Positions 29,039-39,079 are shown, counted from the stretch's first letter. The stretch: 64,000 nt of DNA from Gloeomargarita sp. SKYB120 (GCA_025062155.1 JANXAM010000008.1:11786-75785); one strand, 5' to 3'. The notes: generated from the letters alone by a model not told the origin. Program-made: numbers and translations.

Positions 29039-31600
29039 TCACCAATACAGTAGAGGTTTGACCCAGTGGCAGGGCGGGTTGTTCACGTCTACCAAGGTCC
29101 CTTCCTCCCATTCCACGTGGCTAGGCTGGGTGGCGGTGATGCGTCGTATCCACTGGCCCGTGAGACAGGACAGGGTTTCGGCAATGTCCATGTCGGCGTA
29201 CAGCCGGTTCAGGATGACGCGCATCTCCCCATCGGCCCACTCGACGACCGGCTCGCCGGTTTCGGCATTGTCCAGCAGCTTGAGGTCGCACTGAAAGATG
29301 GACTGTTCTGGAGCTACCGTTTCCAGGTCATCTTGGTAGCGCGCCCGGCGCAAAATGTCCTCGTACTGTTCCAACCGGAAGTACTTGGCGAAGTGGCTGA
29401 TGCCCCGGCCTGTGGCTTGGGCTTGACCGTTTTTCCAAAGGTCGGAAAAGATGGCCCTTTTGAGGCGAGGTAACAGCACGGTGTCGAAGGTCTCTCCCAT
29501 CTCAACCAGCAGGTACTTGCGGCGTCCGCCATCCCGGCGATTGAGGTCCAAAACCGCCTGGGCGGTGGTCCCAGAGCCAGCAAAAAAGTCGAGCACCAGA
29601 GCTTCGGGGTCGTCGCCGCAACCAATGGTCACGACCCGCTGGAGCAAACGCACCGGCTTCGGCGTGCCAAAGACCGCTTCCGTGCCACTGAGCATCCGTT
29701 TCAGTTCCTGTTTGGCCTCCTGGGTATGCCCGACCTCCGCATAGGTCCACAGGGTCAGGGGCGTCACACCCTGCTTAATTTCGTGCAGGAAACGTTTCAA
29801 ACGAGGCACTCCGTGACCATCCCGCCCGAACCAAATGCGGTTATCGGCCAGCAATTCCTGGAACCGTTCCCGGGAGACGCGCCAGCAATAGCCCTGGGGC
29901 GGGTAAACCACCCGTCCTGTCGGTGTGGTGATGGGGTAATCGCCCGCCGGTGAATAGGTTTTCACGGCCAAGTTGTCTGACTGCCAGGGGCCTCGGGGGT
30001 CGCGGTCCGGGTTTTGGTACCGCCGGTTTTGGTCAAGGGTGCGCGGCAATAAACCGGGACGCCACTTCTCTTTATTTTTGGCAAACAGCACCAGGAAGTC
30101 GTGATTATCCGACAACCAGCGGGCATCGTTCTGGGGAGCGTACTTCTTTTGCCAGATGAGATTGTTGACGAAGTTCTCTGGACCAAAAATGGTTTCCAGC
30201 AGTTGCCGCAGGGTCGCCTGCTCGCCGTCGTCCACGCTGACGAAGATCACCCCATCGTCCCGCAGCCATTCCCGCGCCAAGCGCAAGCGATTCTCCATCA
30301 TCGTCAACCAGCTACTGCGCCGGAAGCGGTCGCGGTAAATGAACTCATCGCCGCCGGTGTTGTAGGGCGGGTCAATATAGATGCACTTCACGCGCCCGCG
30401 AAACTTGGGAAGGAGTGTGTTTAGGGCCTGATAGTTCTCGCTATGAACCAGCCAGCCGTCGAGTTGCTGGTCTAGAGGGTCGAACAGCGACAGGATGGCC
30501 AGCTCCATGTCTGGGAAGTAGCGCGTGTCCAGGGGCAGATACTGGTAGCGTTCGTGCAAAAACCGGCCCCAAAGATTTTCCACCCATAGCTGCGCAGGTG
30601 TGAATCCAGCCGCCACCATGCCCAGGTCGCGCCACTCCTGACATTGAGCGGCCATGCCAGGGTGAGTTACAAGCTGTTCCAGCAGGGCAAGACCTCCCTC
30701 CTGGGCGGCGATCCGGTCGAGGGTGATCAGGTAGTGACTGTCTAGGACAAACCTAGGTTTATTCCAGAGGCGGGCCAGCTCCTCCTCAAACTGGGCGATG
30801 AAATCAATGACTTGTTCGGCTATGTCCTTGAGAACCTGGAGCTGGCGGAGACGCCGTTCGCTCCACAAGGTTCCCCGCTGCTGTTCAGGTTCAAAGAGAT
30901 AGCGGTAGAGCCACTGGTGAAACTGCTCCCGTAGAAACTGGCGGGCGTCTTTGTGGATAAAGTAGTCCACGTCCTGCTGGCGCTCGAAAAGACGCAAGAC
31001 CTGGCTTAGCGTTGCCTCGTCCACCTCCAGGCCGGTGTGCTGGCGGATGTCCCGTTGAATCTCCGCAATCTGTGTCCGGCGCCCCCGTCCACTGGCGGTT
31101 ACCTGCAAGACCAGTGTCCCGTCCGAGCGCTGTTTCTGGAAGCGATACAGGAACGCCTGTTTCTCGTTCGCCGCAGGCCGCCAACCGGAGACATCCAGTA
31201 AAAAGCGCCAACCGTCTATCTCCACAGTCATGCTGCGCACCTGGCGTTCAGTTTTGACGTAGTAGAGCCGATGGGTTTTCCAGAACAACATCACGTCCCG
31301 GTCGCTGGTGTAAATCAGTTCATAGACCGGTTCGTGGGCAATCGCCCCCGCCTCCGTGAAATAGCGGCGAAAGAAGCTGTAAAGACGGTCAAACAGCTCC
31401 TCCCGAAATTCGGGGAAAGGGGCCAGCGCGCGGTCAATCGCCGCCTTGAGATGGGGCAAAACCCGTCTCTGGTAATAGCGAGCCTTGAGATGCATCAGAT
31501 GGGCCAAACCCGACTCCCCCTCGACGGGCGCGCCGATGAACAGTTGCCCTAGCGCCTCAAAAAACTGTCGCTCCTTGGGGGTGTGAGCCGTCTGGTCCAT
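29039..31600 (-). CDS. type III-like (beta class) site-specific adenine DNA methyltransferase (Mod)
   Basis: IYIDPPYN (motif IV) precedes LDFFAGSGTTA (motif I); GVIFVSVDD, TPKPVRL; start MDQTAH at 31600. Confidence 0.88.
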   Translation of the reverse strand: MDQTAHTPKERQFFEALGQLFIGAPVEGESGLAHLMHLKARYYQRRVLPHLKAAIDRALAPFPEFREELFDRLYSFFRRYFTEAGAIAHEPVYELIYTSDRDVMLFWKTHRLYYVKTERQVRSMTVEIDGWRFLLDVSGWRPAANEKQAFLYRFQKQRSDGTLVLQVTASGRGRRTQIAEIQRDIRQHTGLEVDEATLSQVLRLFERQQDVDYFIHKDARQFLREQFHQWLYRYLFEPEQQRGTLWSERRLRQLQVLKDIAEQVIDFIAQFEEELARLWNKPRFVLDSHYLITLDRIAAQEGGLALLEQLVTHPGMAAQCQEWRDLGMVAAGFTPAQLWVENLWGRFLHERYQYLPLDTRYFPDMELAILSLFDPLDQQLDGWLVHSENYQALNTLLPKFRGRVKCIYIDPPYNTGGDEFIYRDRFRRSSWLTMMENRLRLAREWLRDDGVIFVSVDDGEQATLRQLLETIFGPENFVNNLIWQKKYAPQNDARWLSDNHDFLVLFAKNKEKWRPGLLPRTLDQNRRYQNPDRDPRGPWQSDNLAVKTYSPAGDYPITTPTGRVVYPPQGYCWRVSRERFQELLADNRIWFGRDGHGVPRLKRFLHEIKQGVTPLTLWTYAEVGHTQEAKQELKRMLSGTEAVFGTPKPVRLLQRVVTIGCGDDPEALVLDFFAGSGTTAQAVLDLNRRDGGRRKYLLVEMGETFDTVLLPRLKRAIFSDLWKNGQAQATGRGISHFAKYFRLEQYEDILRRARYQDDLETVAPEQSIFQCDLKLLDNAETGEPVVEWADGEMRVILNRLYADMDIAETLSCLTGQWIRRITATQPSHVEWEEGTLVDVNNPPCHWVKPLLYW

Positions 31601-31763
31601 GCCACAAAGATTTCGGTCATTCAATAGACTATACGACGATAACCAGACGCCTCGACCTGGCGACAGCTTGCCCCATTTCGTTCGCGCAAATACAGATGAA
31701 TGGCTCTCACCTGGGTCACCATAGGCCAAGTAAGGTATTTGGTGTTCGGTGCTAGGGAAACCC

Positions 31764-32492
31764 ATGCGATTTTTGGTGGTCAAGCACGTGCCGGAGGAGG
31801 GGTTGGGTCTGATTGCGCCTTGGTGTGCTGAGGCGGGGATTGCGGTTGAGGTGGTGGAACTGGGTCAAGGTGAACCGTTGCCGTCGCCGGTGGGCTACCA
31901 GGCGGTGTGGGTGATGGGCGGCCCGATGAACGTGGACCAGGAAGCAGAATACCCCTGGCTAGTTGGGGAAAAACGGTGGATTCGCCAGGTGGTGCAGGAC
32001 TATCAAATTCCCTACATCGGCGTGTGTCTGGGGGCGCAGTTGTTGGCTGAAGCGTTGGGTGGTCGTGTAGGGGCGATGCCCCGGCCCGAGGTGGGGTTGA
32101 CACCAGTGTACCTGACGCCCTGCGCCCAGGACCATCCCTTGCTGCGGGGATTGCCCACGCCGTTTGTGGCGCTCCACTGGCACGGGCAAGAGGTGCAAGC
32201 GTTACCCCCACAAGCGAAACGGCTCGCCTCGTCAGACCTGTGCCAGGTGCAGGCGTTCAGCGTGGGGGACTGGGCGCTCGGGTTGCAGTTTCACCTGGAG
32301 GCGGACGCGGCAACGGTGCGAGATTGGTGTCGCCTGCCGGATTATGCCGATGATTTCATCCAGGCCATGGGGGCAACAGGCGCGCAGGCGCTGGTGGCGA
32401 AAATGGATGAAGAATCCCCCCGGATGACCCAGGTGGCGCGGCAATTGTTTGCCAATATCTGCGCGATGGTGGAACGGCGCTGGCGCGCATGA
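31764..32492 (+). CDS. type 1 glutamine amidotransferase (GuaA-like GATase)
   Basis: MGGPM, GVCLGAQ nucleophile Cys, WHG, LQFHLE His-Glu. Confidence 0.9.
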   Translation: MRFLVVKHVPEEGLGLIAPWCAEAGIAVEVVELGQGEPLPSPVGYQAVWVMGGPMNVDQEAEYPWLVGEKRWIRQVVQDYQIPYIGVCLGAQLLAEALGGRVGAMPRPEVGLTPVYLTPCAQDHPLLRGLPTPFVALHWHGQEVQALPPQAKRLASSDLCQVQAFSVGDWALGLQFHLEADAATVRDWCRLPDYADDFIQAMGATGAQALVAKMDEESPRMTQVARQLFANICAMVERRWRA

Positions 32493-34526
32493 TTACCAAG
32501 GCATTTCGTCCAAGTTGATGGCGCGGTGAAATCGCCGGCGCAGGTCTTGGCACAGGTGGGGGTCATTGGTTTTCAGGCTGATTTCGCGGCTGGCATGGTT
32601 GCCCCCCAGCAGGGCATGACTCCCCAACAGCGCCAGGCGGTCGTCGCTGACCAGGTAGTGCTCCTGGGTGCCAATGAGTTTGAGATGAAACCGCTCAGGA
32701 AACTCCCGCTCCAGTTGTTCCAAATCTGCCAGGGCGTTGTATTTCCACGAGAAGCGGCCAGGGCCGTCCCGCCACTGGTTGCGGGCATTGCGCTTGAGTT
32801 CCTGGTTCTTGAGGTCCTGGGCATCGCCCCAGCCGATGGATACCTGCACCCCGCGGCTGAGCAAATCCCGTAGCGCCTGGATAAACCCGCGGTCAATCAC
32901 CTGCTGGCTGAGCCAAGGGGAGACGATGATCAGTTCCTGGGTGGTTTGCCCGAGCGCCTGCTGGAGAACCTCCCGCACCCCAAACCGGTCGGTCACTAGC
33001 TCGTACCGGTAGTGGGGAATCTGGCGCAGGTGCTGGTTGAGGGTTTCCGCCCAGGTTTGCACGGCGTCGGCCACCTGTTGCGGCACCTGCTGGAGTTGGG
33101 TTTGGGTGTCCCGCCACTGCTGTTCCATTTGACTTTGCCGCGTGGCCAGGGTCTGGGCGTATTCCCGCAAATCCCCGTGACTGTGGTCAATTTGCACCAC
33201 CAATTGGGTGATGTCGCTCAGTTGCTGCTGGAGTTGGGGCAAATCCCGGAGTTGGGTTTGGACCTGGGTTAGTTCGGTTTTCACCTGCGTCAGTTGCTCA
33301 GCCTGGGCCTGCTGCGCCTGTTCCATTTGCTGCCGGAGCTGGTCCAGGGCGGTTTGCAGGGACGCCAAAACGGTTGGGTCGGGAAGGGTGCTTTGCAGTT
33401 GGGCAAGTTCAGTCTGCAGCGTGGTTAAGGTGGCGCTCAAAGGTTCCAATTGCTGTTGCTGCTGGGTTTGTCGTCGGTGCAGGCGTTCCACAGCGGTCAC
33501 GAGCGGGAGCAAGGCGGCGCGGTGCAGGTAGCCCTCGGCCTGTTGCTGGAGCGTTTGCACCTTTTGCTGGAGTTGTTGCACCAGCTCGGCCTGGCGCTCC
33601 CAGGCGGTCCACCGGCTCTGCCAGGTTTGGAGTTGCGCCAGTTCTTGAGCCAGGGTCTGGGCGAGCTGCTGTTGCTTTTGGGTTTGGGTCGCCACCTGCT
33701 CCAAGTCTTGGCGCAGTTGTTGCACCAGGGGCGCTAGTTGACTTTGACGCTGCACCTCCTGCTCCAAACGGCCCAGGTTGACTTGGACTTGTTTGGCGCT
33801 GGCGACTTCTTCGCCCAGTTGTTGCACAGCGGTCTGGAGCCGTTGGGTTGCGGTTTCCAGGGCGTCAATTTGGGCTTGCAAGGTCTGGGGCGCGGTCACT
33901 TGCTGGCTCAAGAATTGAATCTGAGCCTCCAGAGGTTGCAGGTTCACAACGGGCATTTGCCGCAGTTGCTGGACAGTGACCTGCAGTTGGGCGGTTTGCC
34001 GTTGCAGTTGCTCGAACCCCTGTTCAAGACGATGAACTCGCTGTGCTGGGGGCAACTGGGCAACCTGCTGGGCCAAGTCCTGAAGTCCGTTGCCCAGGAG
34101 CCGGTATTGCGCTTGCAGTTGTTGCAATTGCTGATAAAGGGGGTCGAGCGTGAGATGTTCAACCGGGGTCAACCGTTGATGCATTTCCCCCTGCAAACGC
34201 CCCAACGCCTGTTGCAGGTCCTGGAGCGCCTGTTGCACAGGAGCTAGGTTGACCGATTCGGGGAGCAGAGCCAATTCCTGCAACCGCCGCCGCAAAAATT
34301 TAAGGTCGGTGCCGTAGCGCTGGTGCAGGTTTTCCAGGGTTTGGAGCAGGAGCTGTTGGTGATGGGTCGCTAGCTGGGTGCGCTGGAGAAGATTGATGAC
34401 CAAAGCCAAAGACAGGGGCACAACCGCCGCCAGCATTTGTTGGGAAACCGCCGCCACCACAGTGCCCACCAACGACCCCAATACCAAGGCGTATTCAGCG
34501 GTTTCCAGCCATAGGCGACGGGTCAC
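32493..34526 (-). CDS. membrane-anchored long coiled-coil protein with C-terminal PLD-like domain
   Basis: Two N-terminal hydrophobic helices, about 450 aa Q/L-rich heptads, IIVSPWL...VSIGWG...GTQEHYLVSD..ALLGSH. Confidence 0.75.
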   Translation of the reverse strand: MTRRLWLETAEYALVLGSLVGTVVAAVSQQMLAAVVPLSLALVINLLQRTQLATHHQQLLLQTLENLHQRYGTDLKFLRRRLQELALLPESVNLAPVQQALQDLQQALGRLQGEMHQRLTPVEHLTLDPLYQQLQQLQAQYRLLGNGLQDLAQQVAQLPPAQRVHRLEQGFEQLQRQTAQLQVTVQQLRQMPVVNLQPLEAQIQFLSQQVTAPQTLQAQIDALETATQRLQTAVQQLGEEVASAKQVQVNLGRLEQEVQRQSQLAPLVQQLRQDLEQVATQTQKQQQLAQTLAQELAQLQTWQSRWTAWERQAELVQQLQQKVQTLQQQAEGYLHRAALLPLVTAVERLHRRQTQQQQQLEPLSATLTTLQTELAQLQSTLPDPTVLASLQTALDQLRQQMEQAQQAQAEQLTQVKTELTQVQTQLRDLPQLQQQLSDITQLVVQIDHSHGDLREYAQTLATRQSQMEQQWRDTQTQLQQVPQQVADAVQTWAETLNQHLRQIPHYRYELVTDRFGVREVLQQALGQTTQELIIVSPWLSQQVIDRGFIQALRDLLSRGVQVSIGWGDAQDLKNQELKRNARNQWRDGPGRFSWKYNALADLEQLEREFPERFHLKLIGTQEHYLVSDDRLALLGSHALLGGNHASREISLKTNDPHLCQDLRRRFHRAINLDEMPW

Positions 34527-34569
34527 GACGGCCTCCTATGTGACTGATCACTACTGTAATCCATCCCCT

Positions 34570-35100
34570 TCAGTTCGTTGGGGTCGTCCCGGTGACCTGA
34601 AACGAATCGAAAAATTGGGGTAAATCTCCTTGATGGTTCTGGGGCACAATCGCGTAAAGCCCGTAAACCCGTTGCCCCACAAAATAAAACCGCATTTGGG
34701 CAATGCCGCCGCCCTTGAGCCGTTCGGGAGGAACGCTTAGAGTGATTTCTCGCCCTGGATATGGCCCTAGCTGGATTGCGCGTTCCCGGGTCACTTGCCC
34801 CTGCACCCGCTGTTGCGCCTGCGCCTTGAGTTGCGCCCACATCAGCGGGGAGTCCACCAAACGCGCCACTGGCTGGTTATAGTCCGTCAAGATGAGCGCG
34901 TAGGACCCCTGGGGGCGGTTTACCTCCCACGCCTGAGTTTTCACGTCCCCGACAGGCGTTTCCAGTTGCCGCTCCTCATACTGGGGTTTCCCCGGCAAGC
35001 GCACCTGAAACCCATTACCCTCTACCAGTTGCCAGCGTGTCCCAAGCTGACAACCCGCAACCAACACCATGACTCCGACACCCCACCGTGCCAGCCGCAT
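34570..35100 (-). CDS. putative lipoprotein
   Basis: Basic N-terminus, hydrophobic stretch, lipobox LVAG-C at residue 17. Confidence 0.6.
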   Translation of the reverse strand: MRLARWGVGVMVLVAGCQLGTRWQLVEGNGFQVRLPGKPQYEERQLETPVGDVKTQAWEVNRPQGSYALILTDYNQPVARLVDSPLMWAQLKAQAQQRVQGQVTRERAIQLGPYPGREITLSVPPERLKGGGIAQMRFYFVGQRVYGLYAIVPQNHQGDLPQFFDSFQVTGTTPTN

Positions 35101-35152
35101 GGAATCACCTGGCGCTTAAGACTTCATCTATAGTAGGGCAATCGTCGTCGCC

Positions 35153-35425
35153 TTAGGCCTTGAGTAACGTCAAGAAACCAATGACAATAAAACCAGCCCC
35201 TGCAAGATAGTGCAGGAATTTAGGATGCACAACGTGGGTCAAGCTCTCGCCGAATAGAACTCCTAGACCTGATGTAAGAACCAAAGCCAACGCCGCGCCA
35301 CTGAAGACTAACCATTTGCTGGCCGTTCGTTCTGCCGCAAACAACACCGTCGCCAACTGAGTTTTGTCACCCAACTCAGCAAAAAAAACCGTACTAAATA
35401 CAACCAAAAATACGCGCCAGTCCAT
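35153..35425 (-). CDS. TMEM165/GDT1 (UPF0016) family Mn/Ca transporter, single-repeat form
   Basis: FFAELGDKTQLA motif, three TM helices, 90 aa. Confidence 0.9.
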   Translation of the reverse strand: MDWRVFLVVFSTVFFAELGDKTQLATVLFAAERTASKWLVFSGAALALVLTSGLGVLFGESLTHVVHPKFLHYLAGAGFIVIGFLTLLKA

Positions 35426-35512
35426 GAGAATGCATGATTAGTCATTACCTCAACCAGACTCTATTTTAGAAAAGGACAACAACGAATGCAACTAGATAGG
35501 GGTCTGCGAAGC

Positions 35513-35552
35513 ATCATATTTTATTCATATTGAATTCATATTTTATTCATAG
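35513..35552 (-). promoter_or_regulatory. tandem OmpR-type (ManR-like) direct-repeat boxes
   Basis: TCATA at plus positions 35514, 35525, 35536, 35547 (period exactly 11); minus strand TATGAATAAAATATGAATTCAATATGAATAAAATATGAT. Confidence 0.55.
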
Positions 35553-35689
35553 TTTTGATTGGGGCAAAATGCCTTGAGTTTGCAGGAAGAGCACGGAGAA
35601 GAACCCAAGGACGGGACTGGACCCTGCAACTCCTTTCATCGCAATTGCTCGTCAGGACCTGGTCAGGCAGTCTTTGGGTCTCTCGATCA

Positions 35690-35834
35690 TTGCTTCTAGT
35701 ATTTGGTAGGGTTTCGGGGTCGCGGGATGTTTCTCGTCTCAGGGCCTGCTTGTAACCCCTTTGGATGGCTTCCGGCAAGTAGGGTTTTCCTGAGGGGGTC
35801 ACTCAATTTTCAAGCGCTGTTCACGGATGATGTA
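35690..35834 (-). pseudogene. DUF29 family C-terminal remnant
   Basis: Minus-strand pieces YIIREQRLKIE* and TPSGKPYLPEAIQRGYKQALRRETSRDPETLP match the DUF29 pattern IREQR...SPSLKPYL..A...Y...RETG. Confidence 0.6.
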
Positions 35835-35864
35835 TATCTAGCTTTTGGGGCGCAACTCCGGTTG

Positions 35865-36725
35865 ATATAGCTAGAAACATTTAGTCTGGCTTAGAATAAG
35901 GCTGAGCGGTTACGGAGCGATGTCTATACAGCACAGATTTATGTCAGAAAGCCATTGAAGCAGTTGCGGGGAGCGCGACGCTTATTGAAGTCAGCCAGAT
36001 GCTCAACATTGGGTATCGCACGTTACAACGCTGGCTTAAACAATGGTCTGAAACCGGTGATTGTTTACCAAAAGGGGCATAGTCATAAGATTAAAGACTT
36101 CGATGAATTTCGCAAGTTTGTTGAGGCAAACCCCAGTCTGACCCAGAAGGAAACGGCGGCTATAGCTAAAAACAGTCAGTTTGTCGCGGACAGACAGGAA
36201 TTAGGGTTGGCAGCTCAGGGATTTCAGCCGTCACCCATGTCAAACATTCTGTGCTTAGCCATAGTATGACGATTTGTAGGGCGCTTAATCCTACCAAGAG
36301 CAAGATGAGCAGGAGCGGCAGGCGTGCCTGGAGAGAATGAAGGATGTAAATATCCAAGCGGGGATAGACTAGTGAGCAGTCTATGAAAGAGAAAAGGGTT
36401 TATGGGAAAAAGGCGGGTGGGATATGTGAAAGAGTGAGTATGATGAGTGGTTAATCGAGCCATTAACGTGGATAGGGAGCTTTAACTTGGTTGCGTGAGT
36501 AGTTACTACCAGCGATTGGGCCTGGTAAACTATGCCGATTTTCAACTGACACTTCGTGAGACGGTTGGATGCGAGCTAATATATTTGCCTAGATATTCAC
36601 CAGATTTGAATCCGATTGATTAAGCAAAAGGTGCGTAAGTTACAGGTGAGTGCAATCGAAAATCTACAATCTTTGGTCAATGAAACTATTCTTATGCTTA
36701 TGTCAAGTTTCGTAATTTTAGTCAT
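35865..36725 (+). pseudogene. decayed IS630-family transposase
   Basis: Frame-broken fragments YSTDLCQKAIEAV...TLQRWLKQWSETGD, GHSHKIKDFDEFRKFVEANP, YQEQDEQER, WLRE*LLP, LIYLPRYSPDLNPID*. Confidence 0.85.
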
Positions 36726-36917
36726 AGGACCAACCCCTGCACCGCCCGCTCTAGCGGGAAGATGACTTTCCAATGAAACCCTGACCACCTGAACCCTCTT
36801 GACTTTTCATAGGTTTGACCCATCGCTTACACTGGAACCGGGGAACTCACGGTCTGGCCGGCTCTTGGCATTGAACCAGATTCCCAACGACAACGGCACA
36901 TCCTGAAGGAGTGAACC

Positions 36918-37325
36918 ATGGCTCTACCCGCACGCTCGGCGTTCCCCGACCTTCGCCCTCACTCCGAAACAGTTGTCCATCTCCCCCGCAAGAGCAGGTC
37001 GTCCCTCGTCCTGCGCCGGGTCTGTCGCGTCACCCAGGGAATTGTCGTCTTACTGAGCGGCGCTACGCTCTTCCTGTATGCGGCAACGGTCGGGGTGGAA
37101 AGGCGCTGGCAAAAACAGTACGACTACCTCTTGAGATTGCGCCAGCAACGCCAGGAACTCATGGCGGCAACGGCCACCTTGCAACACCATCTCCGGCAAT
37201 CACCCAGACCAGGCACAATTGTTCCAACCCCTGCCCAGACCGTATTTATTACACCGGCGCCAGCACGTCCCCCGCGTCCGTTGCCGAAGCCATCTGCGCG
37301 TCCTTGGCCAGTGGAGGGCTACTGA
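36918..37325 (+). CDS. FtsL-like cell division membrane protein
   Basis: AAGGAG RBS; one TM helix, then leucine-zipper-like WQKQYDYLLRLRQQRQEL, Pro-rich tail; directly upstream of ftsI. Confidence 0.65.
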   Translation: MALPARSAFPDLRPHSETVVHLPRKSRSSLVLRRVCRVTQGIVVLLSGATLFLYAATVGVERRWQKQYDYLLRLRQQRQELMAATATLQHHLRQSPRPGTIVPTPAQTVFITPAPARPPRPLPKPSARPWPVEGY

Positions 37326-37327
37326 GC

Positions 37328-39079
37328 GTGGCGACCGCTCCCCTGCGTCCCAGTCAAGTGCGGGTGCATTTGGCCCGGCAACGCTTTCGCCTGCGGCTGG
37401 TCTGGCTGGGGTTAAGCTTGGGAGCACTGGGCTTGGCGGCGCGATTGGTGTATCTGCAAGTCATTCAGGCGGCATGGCTACGGGAGCAGGCGGCTCAACA
37501 ACAGAAAGCCTTGGTGCGTCAGCCGTTGCCCCGTCGCCCGGTGATTGATGCCCAAGGGGTAGTGCTGGCGGTAGACCAGCCGGTGTACGAACTCTATGCC
37601 CATCCCCGCCTATTTAAGCGACCCACTTCCCAGATTGCCCAAGCACTGGCGCCGCTCCTGAACCGGCCTGCGGCTGATCTCCAGCGGGAATTGCAACGGG
37701 CGCCGAGCGGGATTCCCTTGGCAAGGGGATTGTTGCCACCAGTGGCCCAGCAGATTGAGCGATTGCACCTGGACGGCTTGGAGTTGGTGGCGGGGTTCCA
37801 GCGGGTGTATCCCCAGCGGCGGGTGGCGGCGGAAGTCGTGGGCTATGTCAACCAGGAACACCGGGGCCAGGCGGGCGTGGAACTGAGCCAAGAAGCCCTG
37901 TTGCGACAGGCAGCTGCGCCGGCTGTGTTAGCCCATGATGGGCGGGGCCATTACCAGAGCACGACCTTGCCCGCCAGTTGGTTGCTGGACGACCCGCGCC
38001 AGTTGCAGTTGACGATTGATGTACGGCTCCAGCAGGCGGCCCAGGAGCAACTCCAACGGGCGCTTGCGAAATTCCAGGCGCAACGGGGCGCGGTGATAGT
38101 CCTGCGGGTCCAAGACGGAGCGATCCGGGCGCTAGTGGTGGAACCCGGCTACGACCCCAATACCTTTTACCGATTTCCCCTGGAGCGCTTCAAAAACTGG
38201 GCGGTTACCGATTTGTACGAACCAGGTTCCACCTTCAAGCCGATTAATGTGGCGATTGCCCTAGAGAGCCAGCGGGTGCGTCCCGACCAGGTGTTTTATG
38301 ACCCCGGGCGGATCATCGTGGGGGGCTGGCCCATCCAAAACTTCAACTTTGACCAGGTGGGTGCCGGCGGCAGTCTGACGGTGAGCGAAATCCTGGAGCA
38401 ATCCAGCAACGTGGGGATGGTGCGCCTGATGGACCAATTGCCCCGCGCGGATTATTACCAAGCCCTGCGCCGGTTGGGTCTGGGGGACGAACTGGCGACT
38501 GATTTACCCTTCATCAGCCCCACTAGCCTGAAATCGCGGGAAGAGTTTGTCAACTATCCAGTGGAAGCAGCGACAGCATCCTTTGGCCAGGGGTTGGCGC
38601 TGACGCCCTTGAAACTGGCGCAACTGTACGCTGCCATTGGCAACGGCGGCTGGCTGGTGCAACCCCACGTGGTCGCTGGCCTGTGGAACCCCCAAACCCA
38701 CGAATTGACACCCCTACCACGTCCCCAGCCGGTGCGAGTGTTTTCCCAAACCACCTGTGATGCGGTTGTACGCATGTTGGAACGGGTGGTAGAACGGGGG
38801 ACGGGCAAACCCGCGCGTATCCCGCGTTACCGGTTAGGAGGAAAGACGGGCACGGCCCAAAAAGCTGGCATCGGCGGTTACCGCAGCGGCAAAATTACCA
38901 GTTTTGTGGCGCTGTTTCCAGTCCCCAAACCCGCATACGTGGTGCTGGCAGTGGTGGATGAACCCCAGACGGCCAATGCGTTTGGTTCCACCGTGGCAGC
39001 GCCGGTGGTCAAGGCGGTCATCGAGCGTTTGATTGTCCTGGAAGGGATTCCCCCGTCACAACCCGCTGGCCGCCAGTAG
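37328..39079 (+). CDS. ftsI: class B penicillin-binding protein (FtsI/PBP3-like)
   Basis: N-terminal TM, EPGSTFK (SxxK), SSNVG (SxN), GKTGT; GTG start at 37328, since the ORF-track start overlaps the ftsL-like gene. Confidence 0.88.
   Translation: MATAPLRPSQVRVHLARQRFRLRLVWLGLSLGALGLAARLVYLQVIQAAWLREQAAQQQKALVRQPLPRRPVIDAQGVVLAVDQPVYELYAHPRLFKRPTSQIAQALAPLLNRPAADLQRELQRAPSGIPLARGLLPPVAQQIERLHLDGLELVAGFQRVYPQRRVAAEVVGYVNQEHRGQAGVELSQEALLRQAAAPAVLAHDGRGHYQSTTLPASWLLDDPRQLQLTIDVRLQQAAQEQLQRALAKFQAQRGAVIVLRVQDGAIRALVVEPGYDPNTFYRFPLERFKNWAVTDLYEPGSTFKPINVAIALESQRVRPDQVFYDPGRIIVGGWPIQNFNFDQVGAGGSLTVSEILEQSSNVGMVRLMDQLPRADYYQALRRLGLGDELATDLPFISPTSLKSREEFVNYPVEAATASFGQGLALTPLKLAQLYAAIGNGGWLVQPHVVAGLWNPQTHELTPLPRPQPVRVFSQTTCDAVVRMLERVVERGTGKPARIPRYRLGGKTGTAQKAGIGGYRSGKITSFVALFPVPKPAYVVLAVVDEPQTANAFGSTVAAPVVKAVIERLIVLEGIPPSQPAGRQ

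Noticed and set aside
36911-37327. N-terminal extension of the 722-aa ftsI ORF
   Set aside because: Overlaps the ftsL-like gene in another frame; a GTG at 37328 gives a normal PBP
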